Shown here: one piece after another, positions 9,932 through 17,688 of the stretch
Layout of the letters: each line of letters starts with the position of its first letter
Numbering within the stretch: the first letter of the stretch is position 1
Virus record (IMG/VR): IMGVR_UViG_3300017998_000010
Span: 55,460-75,459 of that record
From: an uncultured virus (IMG/VR IMGVR_UViG_3300017998_000010)
Lineage: Duplodnaviria > Heunggongvirae > Uroviricota > Caudoviricetes
DNA: 20,000 nucleotides
Reading direction: 5' to 3' (one strand)
Program-made: the position numbers and the translations under genes
Notes under the pieces: model-generated
Told to the model about the DNA's origin: nothing
Seen by the model: only the letters and a program-made list of their open reading frames with translations
The model's database searches: none

Positions 9932-10443
9932 AAGTTCTATTCGATTGGGACAATCCAGACTTGGACTACATATATGCTATGCAAAGGGGCATAAAACTCA
10001 TTGTTTATTCTGTATGTAGGGTACTTCATTTAAGACCAAAGTATGTTGAGGAAGTTTATACCGAAACGGATAAATATGTTGAGACTGTATCTAAACTCAA
10101 TCAGATGCTTGGTGTGGAAACTGTGTTCGGAATACGTGATGATGTGTCTAAAGTCAAACCACGATCTGTGATATATCTGAGGGAACACGAAAAAGATGTT
10201 AGAAGGCACATTCACATCGGTAAGCGTGGACCAGATAGAAAAAGGCTATGGGAACCACCATTAACTCAGAGTATGGATACTTGGCACTATGATGTAGATT
10301 ATTATGAAGGACACAAACCAATATTAAAAGAGGGTGAACTACCAATTTGGCACATTGATAGACCATATAGAATTAGTACATATATTGATTTCATTTATGA
10401 AACAAAAGAAAAAAGTAAGGAAAAACAGCAATCAAGTGGATGA
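9928..10443 (+). CDS. hypothetical protein, possibly a minimal polysaccharide deacetylase-like metalloenzyme
   Basis: VLFDWD, GVETVFG and HEKDVRRHIH occur in the same order as the CE4 motifs TFDD, GVKATFF and GHEIGxH. Confidence 0.45.
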   Translation: MKVLFDWDNPDLDYIYAMQRGIKLIVYSVCRVLHLRPKYVEEVYTETDKYVETVSKLNQMLGVETVFGIRDDVSKVKPRSVIYLREHEKDVRRHIHIGKRGPDRKRLWEPPLTQSMDTWHYDVDYYEGHKPILKEGELPIWHIDRPYRISTYIDFIYETKEKSKEKQQSSG

Positions 10444-10448
10444 TGTAA

Positions 10449-11087
10449 ATGGCACATGGTACATTTCACGATATAGATTCGATTCTTGACTTATTACCAG
10501 CAAATATTCAGGGGGCACGTATTCTGGATATTGGCTTTGGTTGTGGGCAGATTTCACATACAATAGTGTCTTTTGCAAATCGAAACCAGAAAATTAGTGG
10601 AGAACCATATATTGTTGGTATAGATGTAGACCCAATCAATGTAGATTTTGCAAAAAAGTGGATGCCATTTATCAGAGAGGTATATCTATATGATGCCATA
10701 AATATACCATATCCAGAGAATATCATAAAAGATTTAGATATTATAATATGTACAGAAGTTATAGAACATATTGAGGATAAAGAAAAAGTATTAAAAATGA
10801 TTGAATATCTTAGAGATAAAGCCAAACTTGTTATATTTGTATGTCCATATGGTAATACATTATCGAGAGTGGGTGATGATGTTATTGATTATCACAAATC
10901 TATATGGTATGATACAGACTTTAAGAAACTTGGTTTTAATACAAAGATAATAAACAGGATTTATTGGAGTGGTTTAGAGTATATGATTGTATCTAGTGTT
11001 ATGACCATTATAAACTTTTTTAAACCACACAATAAAAGTATATTAAGAACTATTATTGCATGGAAAGTAAATAAATTAAGGTGTTGA
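10449..11087 (+). CDS. class I SAM methyltransferase
   Basis: ILDIGFGCG, VGIDVD, DIIICTEVIEHI, CPYG, HKSIW. Confidence 0.88.
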   Translation: MAHGTFHDIDSILDLLPANIQGARILDIGFGCGQISHTIVSFANRNQKISGEPYIVGIDVDPINVDFAKKWMPFIREVYLYDAINIPYPENIIKDLDIIICTEVIEHIEDKEKVLKMIEYLRDKAKLVIFVCPYGNTLSRVGDDVIDYHKSIWYDTDFKKLGFNTKIINRIYWSGLEYMIVSSVMTIINFFKPHNKSILRTIIAWKVNKLRC

Positions 11088-11782
11088 TTAATATTATAGG
11101 AAATCCATCATTAAAGAAACTGTTAGAATTAGCAAAATCTTCAGATATTATTCTGGATGCTGGTGCTGGTGATTTAAAATATACAAAATATCTGATGAAT
11201 ATGGGTTATTCCGTTATTCCAGTTGATGTTTTAGTGCCAAAAGATATTGAAAATATACCTTTTATACAGTCTTCTATAGAAAATTTGCCATTTAGAGACA
11301 ATACATTTGATTTTGTTTTCTGTATTTTGGTTATTGGATATGTTGAAAAAGATCAAAAAGCGATTGATGAATTTTACAGAGTCTTAAAAAAAGGCTCATT
11401 TTTGGTGATTAGTTTTCAATCATCATTATCTGCCTACAGACTATTGATAGACCTTGAAAATTTATTAAAAATCAATACTTATACCAATAACTTACAATCA
11501 CAATATTCAGAATATAACCAAAAAACACACTATTATACAAACACACAAGCTAAAAGTATGCTAAATAAATTCAAAATAGAACAATTATATGGATATAACC
11601 TAAATTTTATACCTAGACTACTTTCTATATTTTACAAAGCCATATTCGGAAAAAATTCAAGACCTGATAATATAATAAAAGTGAGTACATCCCTATATAA
11701 TAAGGTAGAAAACAAGACATATAAAAATAGGTTCTTAACCGAATTCTGTTATGACAAAGTAATTGTCTGTAAAAAAGAATAA
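11081..11782 (+). CDS. class I SAM methyltransferase (Methyltransf_11-like)
   Basis: ILDAGAG, LPFRDNTFDFV, EFYRVLKKG. Start is GTG 11081 or TTG 11084. Confidence 0.9.
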   Translation: MLINIIGNPSLKKLLELAKSSDIILDAGAGDLKYTKYLMNMGYSVIPVDVLVPKDIENIPFIQSSIENLPFRDNTFDFVFCILVIGYVEKDQKAIDEFYRVLKKGSFLVISFQSSLSAYRLLIDLENLLKINTYTNNLQSQYSEYNQKTHYYTNTQAKSMLNKFKIEQLYGYNLNFIPRLLSIFYKAIFGKNSRPDNIIKVSTSLYNKVENKTYKNRFLTEFCYDKVIVCKKE

Positions 11783-11792
11783 CATTTATAAA
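11779..11792 (+). promoter_or_regulatory. putative archaeal BRE/TATA promoter
   Basis: ATAACATTTATAAA, identical to 13090-13103, at the start of an intergenic gap. Confidence 0.65.
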
Positions 11793-11854
11793 CACTTCTA
11801 TTTATATATACTACATAAAAATGCTAGTTGATTGGAACCAACCAAGCGTGAACT

Positions 11855-11897
11855 CGGAACCGGAAGCGTAAAGCGGAAATTAAAGCGGAAAGCGGAA
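11855..11897 (+). repeat. cluster of five CGGAA units, including TAAAGCGGAAA twice
   Basis: CGGAA at 11855, 11861, 11874, 11886 and 11893; 11-mer at 11869-11879 and 11881-11891. Confidence 0.8.
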
Positions 11898-11906
11898 GTA
11901 AAATAA

Positions 11907-12497
11907 ATGAAAACAAATAAATTAGGAATTAAATATACAGGATTGCCCCTTCATCTTACTGCATATGGGCAACCCATACCTTGGAAGATGTTGTTCCGCA
12001 GGTCTAGTTTGAAAGGCTGGTCTTTTTCACCAGAATTCGAGAATTTATATTATAGGGAACTTCCTGTATGGAGAAAACTTTATAAACCTCCATTTTCCCT
12101 AGTTGGCAAAACTGTTCTAAATGTTGGTGCAGGGTGTGGAGAAACTTCCAAATTCTATATAGAAGAACTTGGTGCTAAACAGGTAATAGCTGTCGAAATG
12201 GAACCTGTTGCATTAAAATACCTCAAAGAAAATGCCCAAACTCACCCCATCATCGTTATAGGCAAACCATTTTCAGTTGATATGCTCTCAATACCCCACC
12301 ATTTTATGGAGATGGACATAGAAGGTTATGAGGGCGGTTTACTTGATGGTGACATACTCAAAAATTACCACACACCATGTGTGATAGAGGTTCATACTGG
12401 GTATCTTGTTGATAAATTCATAGCTAATGGATTTGTTGGCAAAAACGTTTTTGAGCATCAGAGAAGTGTAAATGTATCAATAATGCACAGGTGGTGA
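11907..12497 (+). CDS. FkbM-like SAM methyltransferase
   Basis: VLNVGAGCGETS, VIAVE, MDIEGYE, VIEVH. Confidence 0.82.
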   Translation: MKTNKLGIKYTGLPLHLTAYGQPIPWKMLFRRSSLKGWSFSPEFENLYYRELPVWRKLYKPPFSLVGKTVLNVGAGCGETSKFYIEELGAKQVIAVEMEPVALKYLKENAQTHPIIVIGKPFSVDMLSIPHHFMEMDIEGYEGGLLDGDILKNYHTPCVIEVHTGYLVDKFIANGFVGKNVFEHQRSVNVSIMHRW

Positions 12498-12500
12498 TTA

Positions 12501-12665
12501 TCACTGTGGTGTCTGATTCCACCACTCTTTCAATACCTCAACCACATCATATCGCTGTTGATTTGGATAGAACATATAATCAGCAAAAAGTAAAATAATA
12601 AAAATTGGAACGAACAGGATTATTTTTATGGCTTTATCAATCCAGTAAAGTGCTGTTTTTTCCAA
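12501..12665 (-). CDS. 54-aa single-TM protein (not in ORF track)
   Basis: TTG start; MEKTALYWIDKAIKIILFVPIFIILLFADYMFYPNQQRYDVVEVLKEWWNQTPQ. Fills the gap exactly; GGTGA just upstream. Confidence 0.6.
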   Translation of the reverse strand: MEKTALYWIDKAIKIILFVPIFIILLFADYMFYPNQQRYDVVEVLKEWWNQTPQ

Positions 12666-12668
12666 CCG

Positions 12669-13007
12669 TCACCACTCTGATTTGCCTGAATAGGACTTGG
12701 ATGTATCATGTCTGTGGTTTTTGAACTTACGATCTAACTCTTCTATTTTATCATTAGCCTCAGCTATTTCACCAGCAATGGCAGGACCAGCAACATCCCT
12801 GTGGAAAAGTCCCAACCTATCAGCTATCACACCTCTGATAACATCATATCTAGTTCTGTTTTTGATGTTCTCACTATTTTCCATAGTCTTGTCAAACTCT
12901 TCAAAAAGTTTGAGTGTTGGCAACTTGCAAACCTCATCATATACCTTTGTTTCTTCATTATCCATAATTTCAGAGAAATATGGAAAATCAAAATCGTTAT
13001 TTGACAT
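12669..13007 (-). CDS. hypothetical protein, acidic N-terminus, C-terminal coiled coil ending in an HxH motif
   Basis: 112 aa, ATG start, own TATA candidate at 13069-13080 on the - strand, protein-like composition. Confidence 0.75.
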   Translation of the reverse strand: MSNNDFDFPYFSEIMDNEETKVYDEVCKLPTLKLFEEFDKTMENSENIKNRTRYDVIRGVIADRLGLFHRDVAGPAIAGEIAEANDKIEELDRKFKNHRHDTSKSYSGKSEW

Positions 13008-13068
13008 TTTGTTTTACCTTTAGGATTCCGTTTAGACGGGGATTCCCACAGAACTGTTTTTAGGAGAG

Positions 13069-13103
13069 TTTATAAGTGTTTCGGTGTCCATAACATTTAT
13101 AAA
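13069..13103. promoter_or_regulatory. back-to-back divergent archaeal promoters forming an inverted repeat
   Basis: - strand AACACTTATAAA (13069-13080) and + strand AACATTTATAAA (13092-13103), one mismatch, 11-nt spacer, between divergent genes. Confidence 0.7.
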
Positions 13104-13133
13104 TCAACCACAACGTAATATTGGTGTAAATCA

Positions 13134-13574
13134 ATGTCTGATCCTATTATCTATGAGCCAACGGTGAATAGGGCAAAATCTATAGGAAAGGGAACAAAAA
13201 TCGGTGCTTTTTGTGACATCGGTACAGATGTTGAGATTGGTGAAGATTGCAACATTCAATGTAGAGTATCAATACCAAACGGAACTAAAATTGGTAACAG
13301 GGTTTTTATCGGTCCAAACGTTACATTCTTAAATGACAAATATCCACCAAGTAGTAAGAATTTACCCCCAACAATTGAAGATGATGTTGTACTTGGCGGT
13401 AGTTGCACAATATTTCCGGGTATAAGAGTTTCCAGTGGAATTGTTGTTGGTGGGTCTGCTGTTGTCACAAAATCCCTCTATAATAAGGGGGTTTACTTTG
13501 GAAATCCAGCAAAATATAAATATGATATTAATAAATACTTTGCTAAAAAGAAAATATATGAGGAATCACATTGA
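13134..13574 (+). CDS. hexapeptide sugar N-acetyltransferase (WbpD/WlbB/FdtC-like)
   Basis: IGKGTKIGAFCDIG, IGNRVFIGPNVTFLNDKYP, VVTK...GNPA; adjacent to an aminotransferase. Confidence 0.88.
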   Translation: MSDPIIYEPTVNRAKSIGKGTKIGAFCDIGTDVEIGEDCNIQCRVSIPNGTKIGNRVFIGPNVTFLNDKYPPSSKNLPPTIEDDVVLGGSCTIFPGIRVSSGIVVGGSAVVTKSLYNKGVYFGNPAKYKYDINKYFAKKKIYEESH

Positions 13575-14371
13575 ACGAGTTTGATGACGTTATCAAGCTA
13601 TTTGAGGAAGAGATTGCCAAATATATTGGTACTAAATATGTCGTTGCTGTTTCAAATGGAACATCTGCCATTCATACTGCTTTAATTGCATCTGACACTT
13701 GGGCAGATGTAATAACCACACCCTTTACATTCATAGCAACCGTTGACCCAATTCTTCAGATAGGTAGAAAGCCTATATTCGTTGATATAGATAGAAAAAC
13801 TCTATGTCTTGATCCAGAACTTGTACAGAAAAAGCTGGAAGAAAACAATCGTATTAGCACGATTCTCAATGTCGATCTCTTTGGTAATACAGAAAACCTT
13901 CTCGAAATCAGGAAGATTTGTGACAACTCAGCCGTGAAGTTCATTGAAGATGCCTCTCAAGCCTTTGGTGCAAAAGTCAAGGATGGTAGAAGGGCAGGTT
14001 CAATTGGTGATGTTGGCACATTCAGTTTTTATGCCTCAAAAAACCTGTGGACATTTGAGGGTGGTGCTTTGGTTACAGACGATCCTGACATAGATAAAAA
14101 AGCTAGAATGATTCGCAATCATGGATTCGATGAGAACGGTGAAAAAGTCATGGAAGGCTACAACTACAAGATGCCAAGGTTATGTGCCTTCATAGGTCTG
14201 ACAAACTTGCGTTTACACAAAATAGCTATCGAATCTGAATTGGGTATGCTCAGTCCAAAGGATGGTTACTATCCAAAGACGGTTTACCAAAACAAATATT
14301 ATAAAAAGTATGCATGTTCCTGTCCTGTGGCAGAGGAAGTTGCATTAAAAGTGAGGATGAAAATATATTGA
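13571..14371 (+). CDS. DegT/DnrJ/EryC1/StrS PLP-dependent sugar aminotransferase, unusually short
   Basis: VSNGTSAIH, TPFTFIAT, FVDID, IEDASQAFGA, FSFYASKNL (PLP lysine), EGG, RNHG, GYNYKM; only 266 aa. Confidence 0.9.
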   Translation: MNEFDDVIKLFEEEIAKYIGTKYVVAVSNGTSAIHTALIASDTWADVITTPFTFIATVDPILQIGRKPIFVDIDRKTLCLDPELVQKKLEENNRISTILNVDLFGNTENLLEIRKICDNSAVKFIEDASQAFGAKVKDGRRAGSIGDVGTFSFYASKNLWTFEGGALVTDDPDIDKKARMIRNHGFDENGEKVMEGYNYKMPRLCAFIGLTNLRLHKIAIESELGMLSPKDGYYPKTVYQNKYYKKYACSCPVAEEVALKVRMKIY

Positions 14372-15231
14372 GAATACTTGTAACAGGCGGTTCTGGATTT
14401 GTAGGAAATGCTCTAGTCGAAAGACTAAAGAGCCAAGGTCACGATGTCTTTAATTACGACATAAAACACGATGAAAGATATGACATCACAGATGGTGATA
14501 GGTTGATGGATGTTTTTTATAAATTTGATCCAGATCAGGTCTATCATATTTGTGCCCAAGCCTTTCTCAAACCCGGAGAACAAAATCCAGAAATGGACAT
14601 AAAGATAAACGAGTTTGGGATGATCAACCTTCTAAAATGTTTGGAAGGTACAGATATTCCGATGGTCTACACCTCTTCTGGTGCTGTTTATGGACTTTCA
14701 AATGTACCACACTCAGAATATTCAATGTGTATACCTGTCAGCAACTATGGAATATCCAAGTATGCCGCAGAACAATACCTAAGAAAATGGGTTATTACGA
14801 AGAATGTAAATGCAAGGATTATCCGTTTCAGTAGTGTCTATGGACCGAATAGAACTGAGGGACCAGTAAACATTTTCATCAACAAGGCATTAAAAGGTGA
14901 ACCTCTCACAGTTTATGGTGATGGTAAGCAAACAAGGGATATGATCTACATAGATGATGCCCTTGATGGGCTTCAACTTGTGTTAGAAGATGGCATACGT
15001 GGTGAAACATACAATATTGGTACAGGTGTTGAGTCAAGTGTGCTTGATGTTGCAGAAATTATATCCAGACAAACGGATGCTAAAATAGTTTTTGTTCCAT
15101 ATGAGATGTCTGCTTTTGATCTAAAAAGGTCTTGGTACAATATAGATAAAATTGTGAAACTTGGGTTTGTGCCACTTCACGATTTGGAAATGGGCATTAC
15201 ACTAACTATGGAAATTATGAAGGGTGTATAA
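14368..15231 (+). CDS. NAD-dependent epimerase/dehydratase (GalE/GDP-mannose dehydratase-like)
   Basis: LRILVTGGSGFVG, YTSSGAVYG, YGISK, VYGP, GDGKQTRD, YNIGTG. Start at the TTGA overlap at 14368. Confidence 0.92.
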   Translation: MRILVTGGSGFVGNALVERLKSQGHDVFNYDIKHDERYDITDGDRLMDVFYKFDPDQVYHICAQAFLKPGEQNPEMDIKINEFGMINLLKCLEGTDIPMVYTSSGAVYGLSNVPHSEYSMCIPVSNYGISKYAAEQYLRKWVITKNVNARIIRFSSVYGPNRTEGPVNIFINKALKGEPLTVYGDGKQTRDMIYIDDALDGLQLVLEDGIRGETYNIGTGVESSVLDVAEIISRQTDAKIVFVPYEMSAFDLKRSWYNIDKIVKLGFVPLHDLEMGITLTMEIMKGV

Positions 15232-15236
15232 CTTAT

Positions 15237-15650
15237 TTGTACTTCTCACACCATGCAATAATCATAATAGCAATTTTCCTATTCTTTGCACCGAAGGATA
15301 ATCTATATCTTTTAATTCCATTCTTTATTGGTGGTGTGTTGATAGATTTTGATCATTGTTTCGATTATTATCTCAGGTATAGGAAACCAACATATTCACT
15401 TAGAGAACTCTCAGATGGTCTTGCAGATAGACCACATTATATATTGCCTCTTCATAGTTATGAATTTATGTTAATTGTTATTGGTTTGATGTTTTTTATT
15501 CATAATCAATATATTGTTTATTTTGGTGCTGGATATTTCATACATATTTTTTTGGATATAATATTTAATCATTATAATGGTGTTATGTCTCTGTCTTTAA
15601 TATATAGACTTAAAAACTGGTGGAGTATTGTATGTTCAAATACGGATTAA
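15237..15650 (+). CDS. membrane-bound metal-dependent hydrolase (YdjM/DUF457-like)
   Basis: N-terminal HH, GVLIDFDH, PLHSYE, HIFLD, with TM segments. Confidence 0.7.
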   Translation: MYFSHHAIIIIAIFLFFAPKDNLYLLIPFFIGGVLIDFDHCFDYYLRYRKPTYSLRELSDGLADRPHYILPLHSYEFMLIVIGLMFFIHNQYIVYFGAGYFIHIFLDIIFNHYNGVMSLSLIYRLKNWWSIVCSNTD

Positions 15651-15967
15651 ACGGAATATTGTTAGCATTGGTGAATAGCAAACTACTATTATTGCTTACG
15701 TTTACAACCATTACATTTATTATGTGTTTTATGTTTGGTGCATCTCCAATGGAATGGATAGCTGTTCTTATATGTTCATCTATGTTAATGGCACTAGAAA
15801 TGATGAATACTTGCGTAGAAGCAATATGCAACATGATTGATCCAAATCCCAATCCACAAATAAAAATTATTAAGGATATTAGTTCTGGTGCTGTTTTACT
15901 ATTCACAATATTTACATTCTTCGTGGGATGTATAATATTCATACCAAAGTTGTTGGTGTATTTGTGA
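15632..15967 (+). CDS. dgkA: DgkA-family membrane kinase (diacylglycerol/undecaprenol kinase-like)
   Basis: FKYGLNGI, SPMEW, LEMMNTCVE, IKDISSGAVL, 3 TM. GGTGGAG upstream of ATG 15632. Confidence 0.82.
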   Translation: MFKYGLNGILLALVNSKLLLLLTFTTITFIMCFMFGASPMEWIAVLICSSMLMALEMMNTCVEAICNMIDPNPNPQIKIIKDISSGAVLLFTIFTFFVGCIIFIPKLLVYL

Positions 15968-16116
15968 TGAAATGGTATCAATGGATAATTAAAACAACTA
16001 TTATTTCAGCAATTGGTGTTATGGCTGGTATATTAGTTAATTCGGTTATTATAGTACAAATTTCTTTTGGCTTTGGTTGTGCGGCTTTTATGATAACACC
16101 AGATGTGACTGATTAA
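15964..16116 (+). CDS. small hydrophobic protein (about 49-50 aa)
   Basis: MKWYQWIIKTTIISAIGVMAG...; GTGA overlap with dgkA; stop 1 nt before the next ATG. Confidence 0.55.
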   Translation: MMKWYQWIIKTTIISAIGVMAGILVNSVIIVQISFGFGCAAFMITPDVTD

Positions 16117-16117
16117 A

Positions 16118-17077
16118 ATGATTGATGTAATTATACCCACAAAAAATTCTGAAGGAACACTTGAAGTCTGTCTCAAATCACTGAGACAACAAACCATTCC
16201 TGTCAGGATCATAATTGTTGATGGTTGTTCAACTGATAAAACTCTGGAAATTGCCAAAAAATATGGCTGTGAAATCTATGATGAACCCAAGTCTCTTGGA
16301 AAGGGAAGTAAACGTGCAGTTGCCTGTAATCAAGGACTCATGCACGTTACATCCGATCTTGTTGCCTTCCTAGACAGCGATACGGAAGTTCCACACACTT
16401 GGGCAGATGATATGGAAGAGATGTTTTCTGATCTAAACAATTTTGGTGAAATGCCAATTGCAGGAATATCTTCTGGTTGTGTACCAGACGCTTCCTCAGA
16501 ACTTTCACAAGCAATAAATTCTGTAATGAAACTTGCTTCTAATCACTCGCAAAAATATGATGATTTCACATATGTCAATAGCCTACCCGGATATAACAGT
16601 GTATATAGAACAAAAGCAATAGCAGATGTTGATGGATTTAATGAGGATATTGGTGGTGCAGAAGACTATGAGATGAATTATAGACTACGTAAGAGAGGAT
16701 ATAGATTATTAGGTGTCCCAAACTCACCAGTAATACATCACGAAAGAAAGACAATAAAACAATTCCAAAAGCAAATTTTTGGCTATGGTTGGAGTTGGGG
16801 TAGGATGTTGAGGGTAAAACATTTCTATCTTCCATCCCGTTCTCTGCCATCATTATTAATTCTTCTAAGTCCTGTGTTTTTCTTCATACCGTATTTTATT
16901 GGAACAAGACCACTGATTGATTGTATTGGTGCTTTCTTTGGAAGCTGGGGCTTAATTTTTACAATTATGAGTGTAGATTTAAAGAACCATCACAATTATA
17001 CAGTACTAAGAGTTGCTATCATTCTTGGCTTTTATTTCGGAATTGGATATATAAAAGCCATTATACAAGATTCTTAG
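16118..17077 (+). CDS. GT2 glycosyltransferase with C-terminal TM helices
   Basis: DVIIPTKN, IVDGCSTDKT, ACNQG, FLDSD (DxD), GFNE...AEDYEMNYRL, QIFGYG. Confidence 0.92.
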   Translation: MIDVIIPTKNSEGTLEVCLKSLRQQTIPVRIIIVDGCSTDKTLEIAKKYGCEIYDEPKSLGKGSKRAVACNQGLMHVTSDLVAFLDSDTEVPHTWADDMEEMFSDLNNFGEMPIAGISSGCVPDASSELSQAINSVMKLASNHSQKYDDFTYVNSLPGYNSVYRTKAIADVDGFNEDIGGAEDYEMNYRLRKRGYRLLGVPNSPVIHHERKTIKQFQKQIFGYGWSWGRMLRVKHFYLPSRSLPSLLILLSPVFFFIPYFIGTRPLIDCIGAFFGSWGLIFTIMSVDLKNHHNYTVLRVAIILGFYFGIGYIKAIIQDS

Positions 17078-17082
17078 GTTCG

Positions 17083-17095
17083 GAAGATTTATATA
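17083..17095 (+). promoter_or_regulatory. putative archaeal BRE/TATA promoter
   Basis: GAAGATTTATATA, ending 29 nt before ATG 17125. Confidence 0.6.
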
Positions 17096-17124
17096 AGAGA
17101 TATGTATCTATGTGTATGGTACAC

Positions 17125-17298
17125 ATGCCAAAGCCAAAATTTGAATCTCTGGAAGTTATTCGGATACCATTGGTTGAGTGCCCGAAATTAGGTACGCAGG
17201 TTCTAATAGGAAAGACCTGTAACCTTTGTAGGTTCTTTGATGGATATACATTCGATAATGTTTGTATCAGGTGTTCCTACAAGAGTGACAAACTTTGA
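17125..17298 (+). CDS. 57-aa cysteine-rich probable Zn-binding protein
   Basis: MPKPK...ECP...CNLC.FFDG...CIRC. Start chosen from the TATA spacing; TTGA-coupled to the next gene. Confidence 0.65.
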   Translation: MPKPKFESLEVIRIPLVECPKLGTQVLIGKTCNLCRFFDGYTFDNVCIRCSYKSDKL

Positions 17299-17633
17299 CT
17301 CGTCTTGTATACTACAGGACTGAAAGAGATAAACTTTCTAACACAAAGTATGATCAGCCCATAACTCAAATAGAGGCAATCGGATTAACTTATTTTATGT
17401 GTTGGAGATTTCATGTCCCTATACCAAACATAAAAATACAAAATAGGAGGTTCTGTAAATTCGTGTATCCTAACACGATACAATATGTCAAGTATAGGCA
17501 AATAATTGCTGGTGATGTTTCCCATGAATTTGCCCACTATCTTCAACATTACAAGACAGGTAAGACCAGACATGATAGAAGGATGTTGGTGTACACAAAG
17601 ATGATACAGAGATATGTAGACACATTAATATAA
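17295..17633 (+). CDS. small zincin-like metallopeptidase-fold protein (SprT/YgjP-like)
   Basis: HEFAH (HExxH) followed by a third His in RHD; basic protein. Confidence 0.65.
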   Translation: MTRLVYYRTERDKLSNTKYDQPITQIEAIGLTYFMCWRFHVPIPNIKIQNRRFCKFVYPNTIQYVKYRQIIAGDVSHEFAHYLQHYKTGKTRHDRRMLVYTKMIQRYVDTLI

Positions 17634-17652
17634 TTATTCCTCATAGACATAC

Positions 17653-17665
17653 AAACATTTATATT
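17653..17665 (+). promoter_or_regulatory. putative archaeal BRE/TATA promoter of mat (probably leaderless)
   Basis: AAACATTTATATT, ending 23 nt before ATG 17689. Confidence 0.6.
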
Positions 17666-17688
17666 TATTATCTATATACATATACGAT

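Noticed and set aside
11855..11897. CRISPR array or Borg-type perfect tandem repeat
   Set aside because: Units are 5-11 nt, irregular and without spacers; no long perfect tandem array was seen in the window.
4280..12497. DNA modification or restriction-modification role for the methyltransferases and GTs
   Set aside because: No DNA-MTase catalytic motifs recognised, the GTs are membrane-anchored, and no nucleotide hydroxymethylase or nuclease is in the window.
12493..12504. Near-palindrome around GTGATTATCAC
   Set aside because: Explained by two convergent TGA stop codons.
13028..13039. Small hairpin CCGT-TTAG-ACGG in the leader of the 13007 gene
   Set aside because: A 4-bp stem is expected by chance; no evidence for a riboswitch or ncRNA.
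16921..17124. Long N-terminal extension of the 16921-17298 ORF
   Set aside because: It overlaps the GT2 gene and runs through a TATA box; ATG 17125 fits better.
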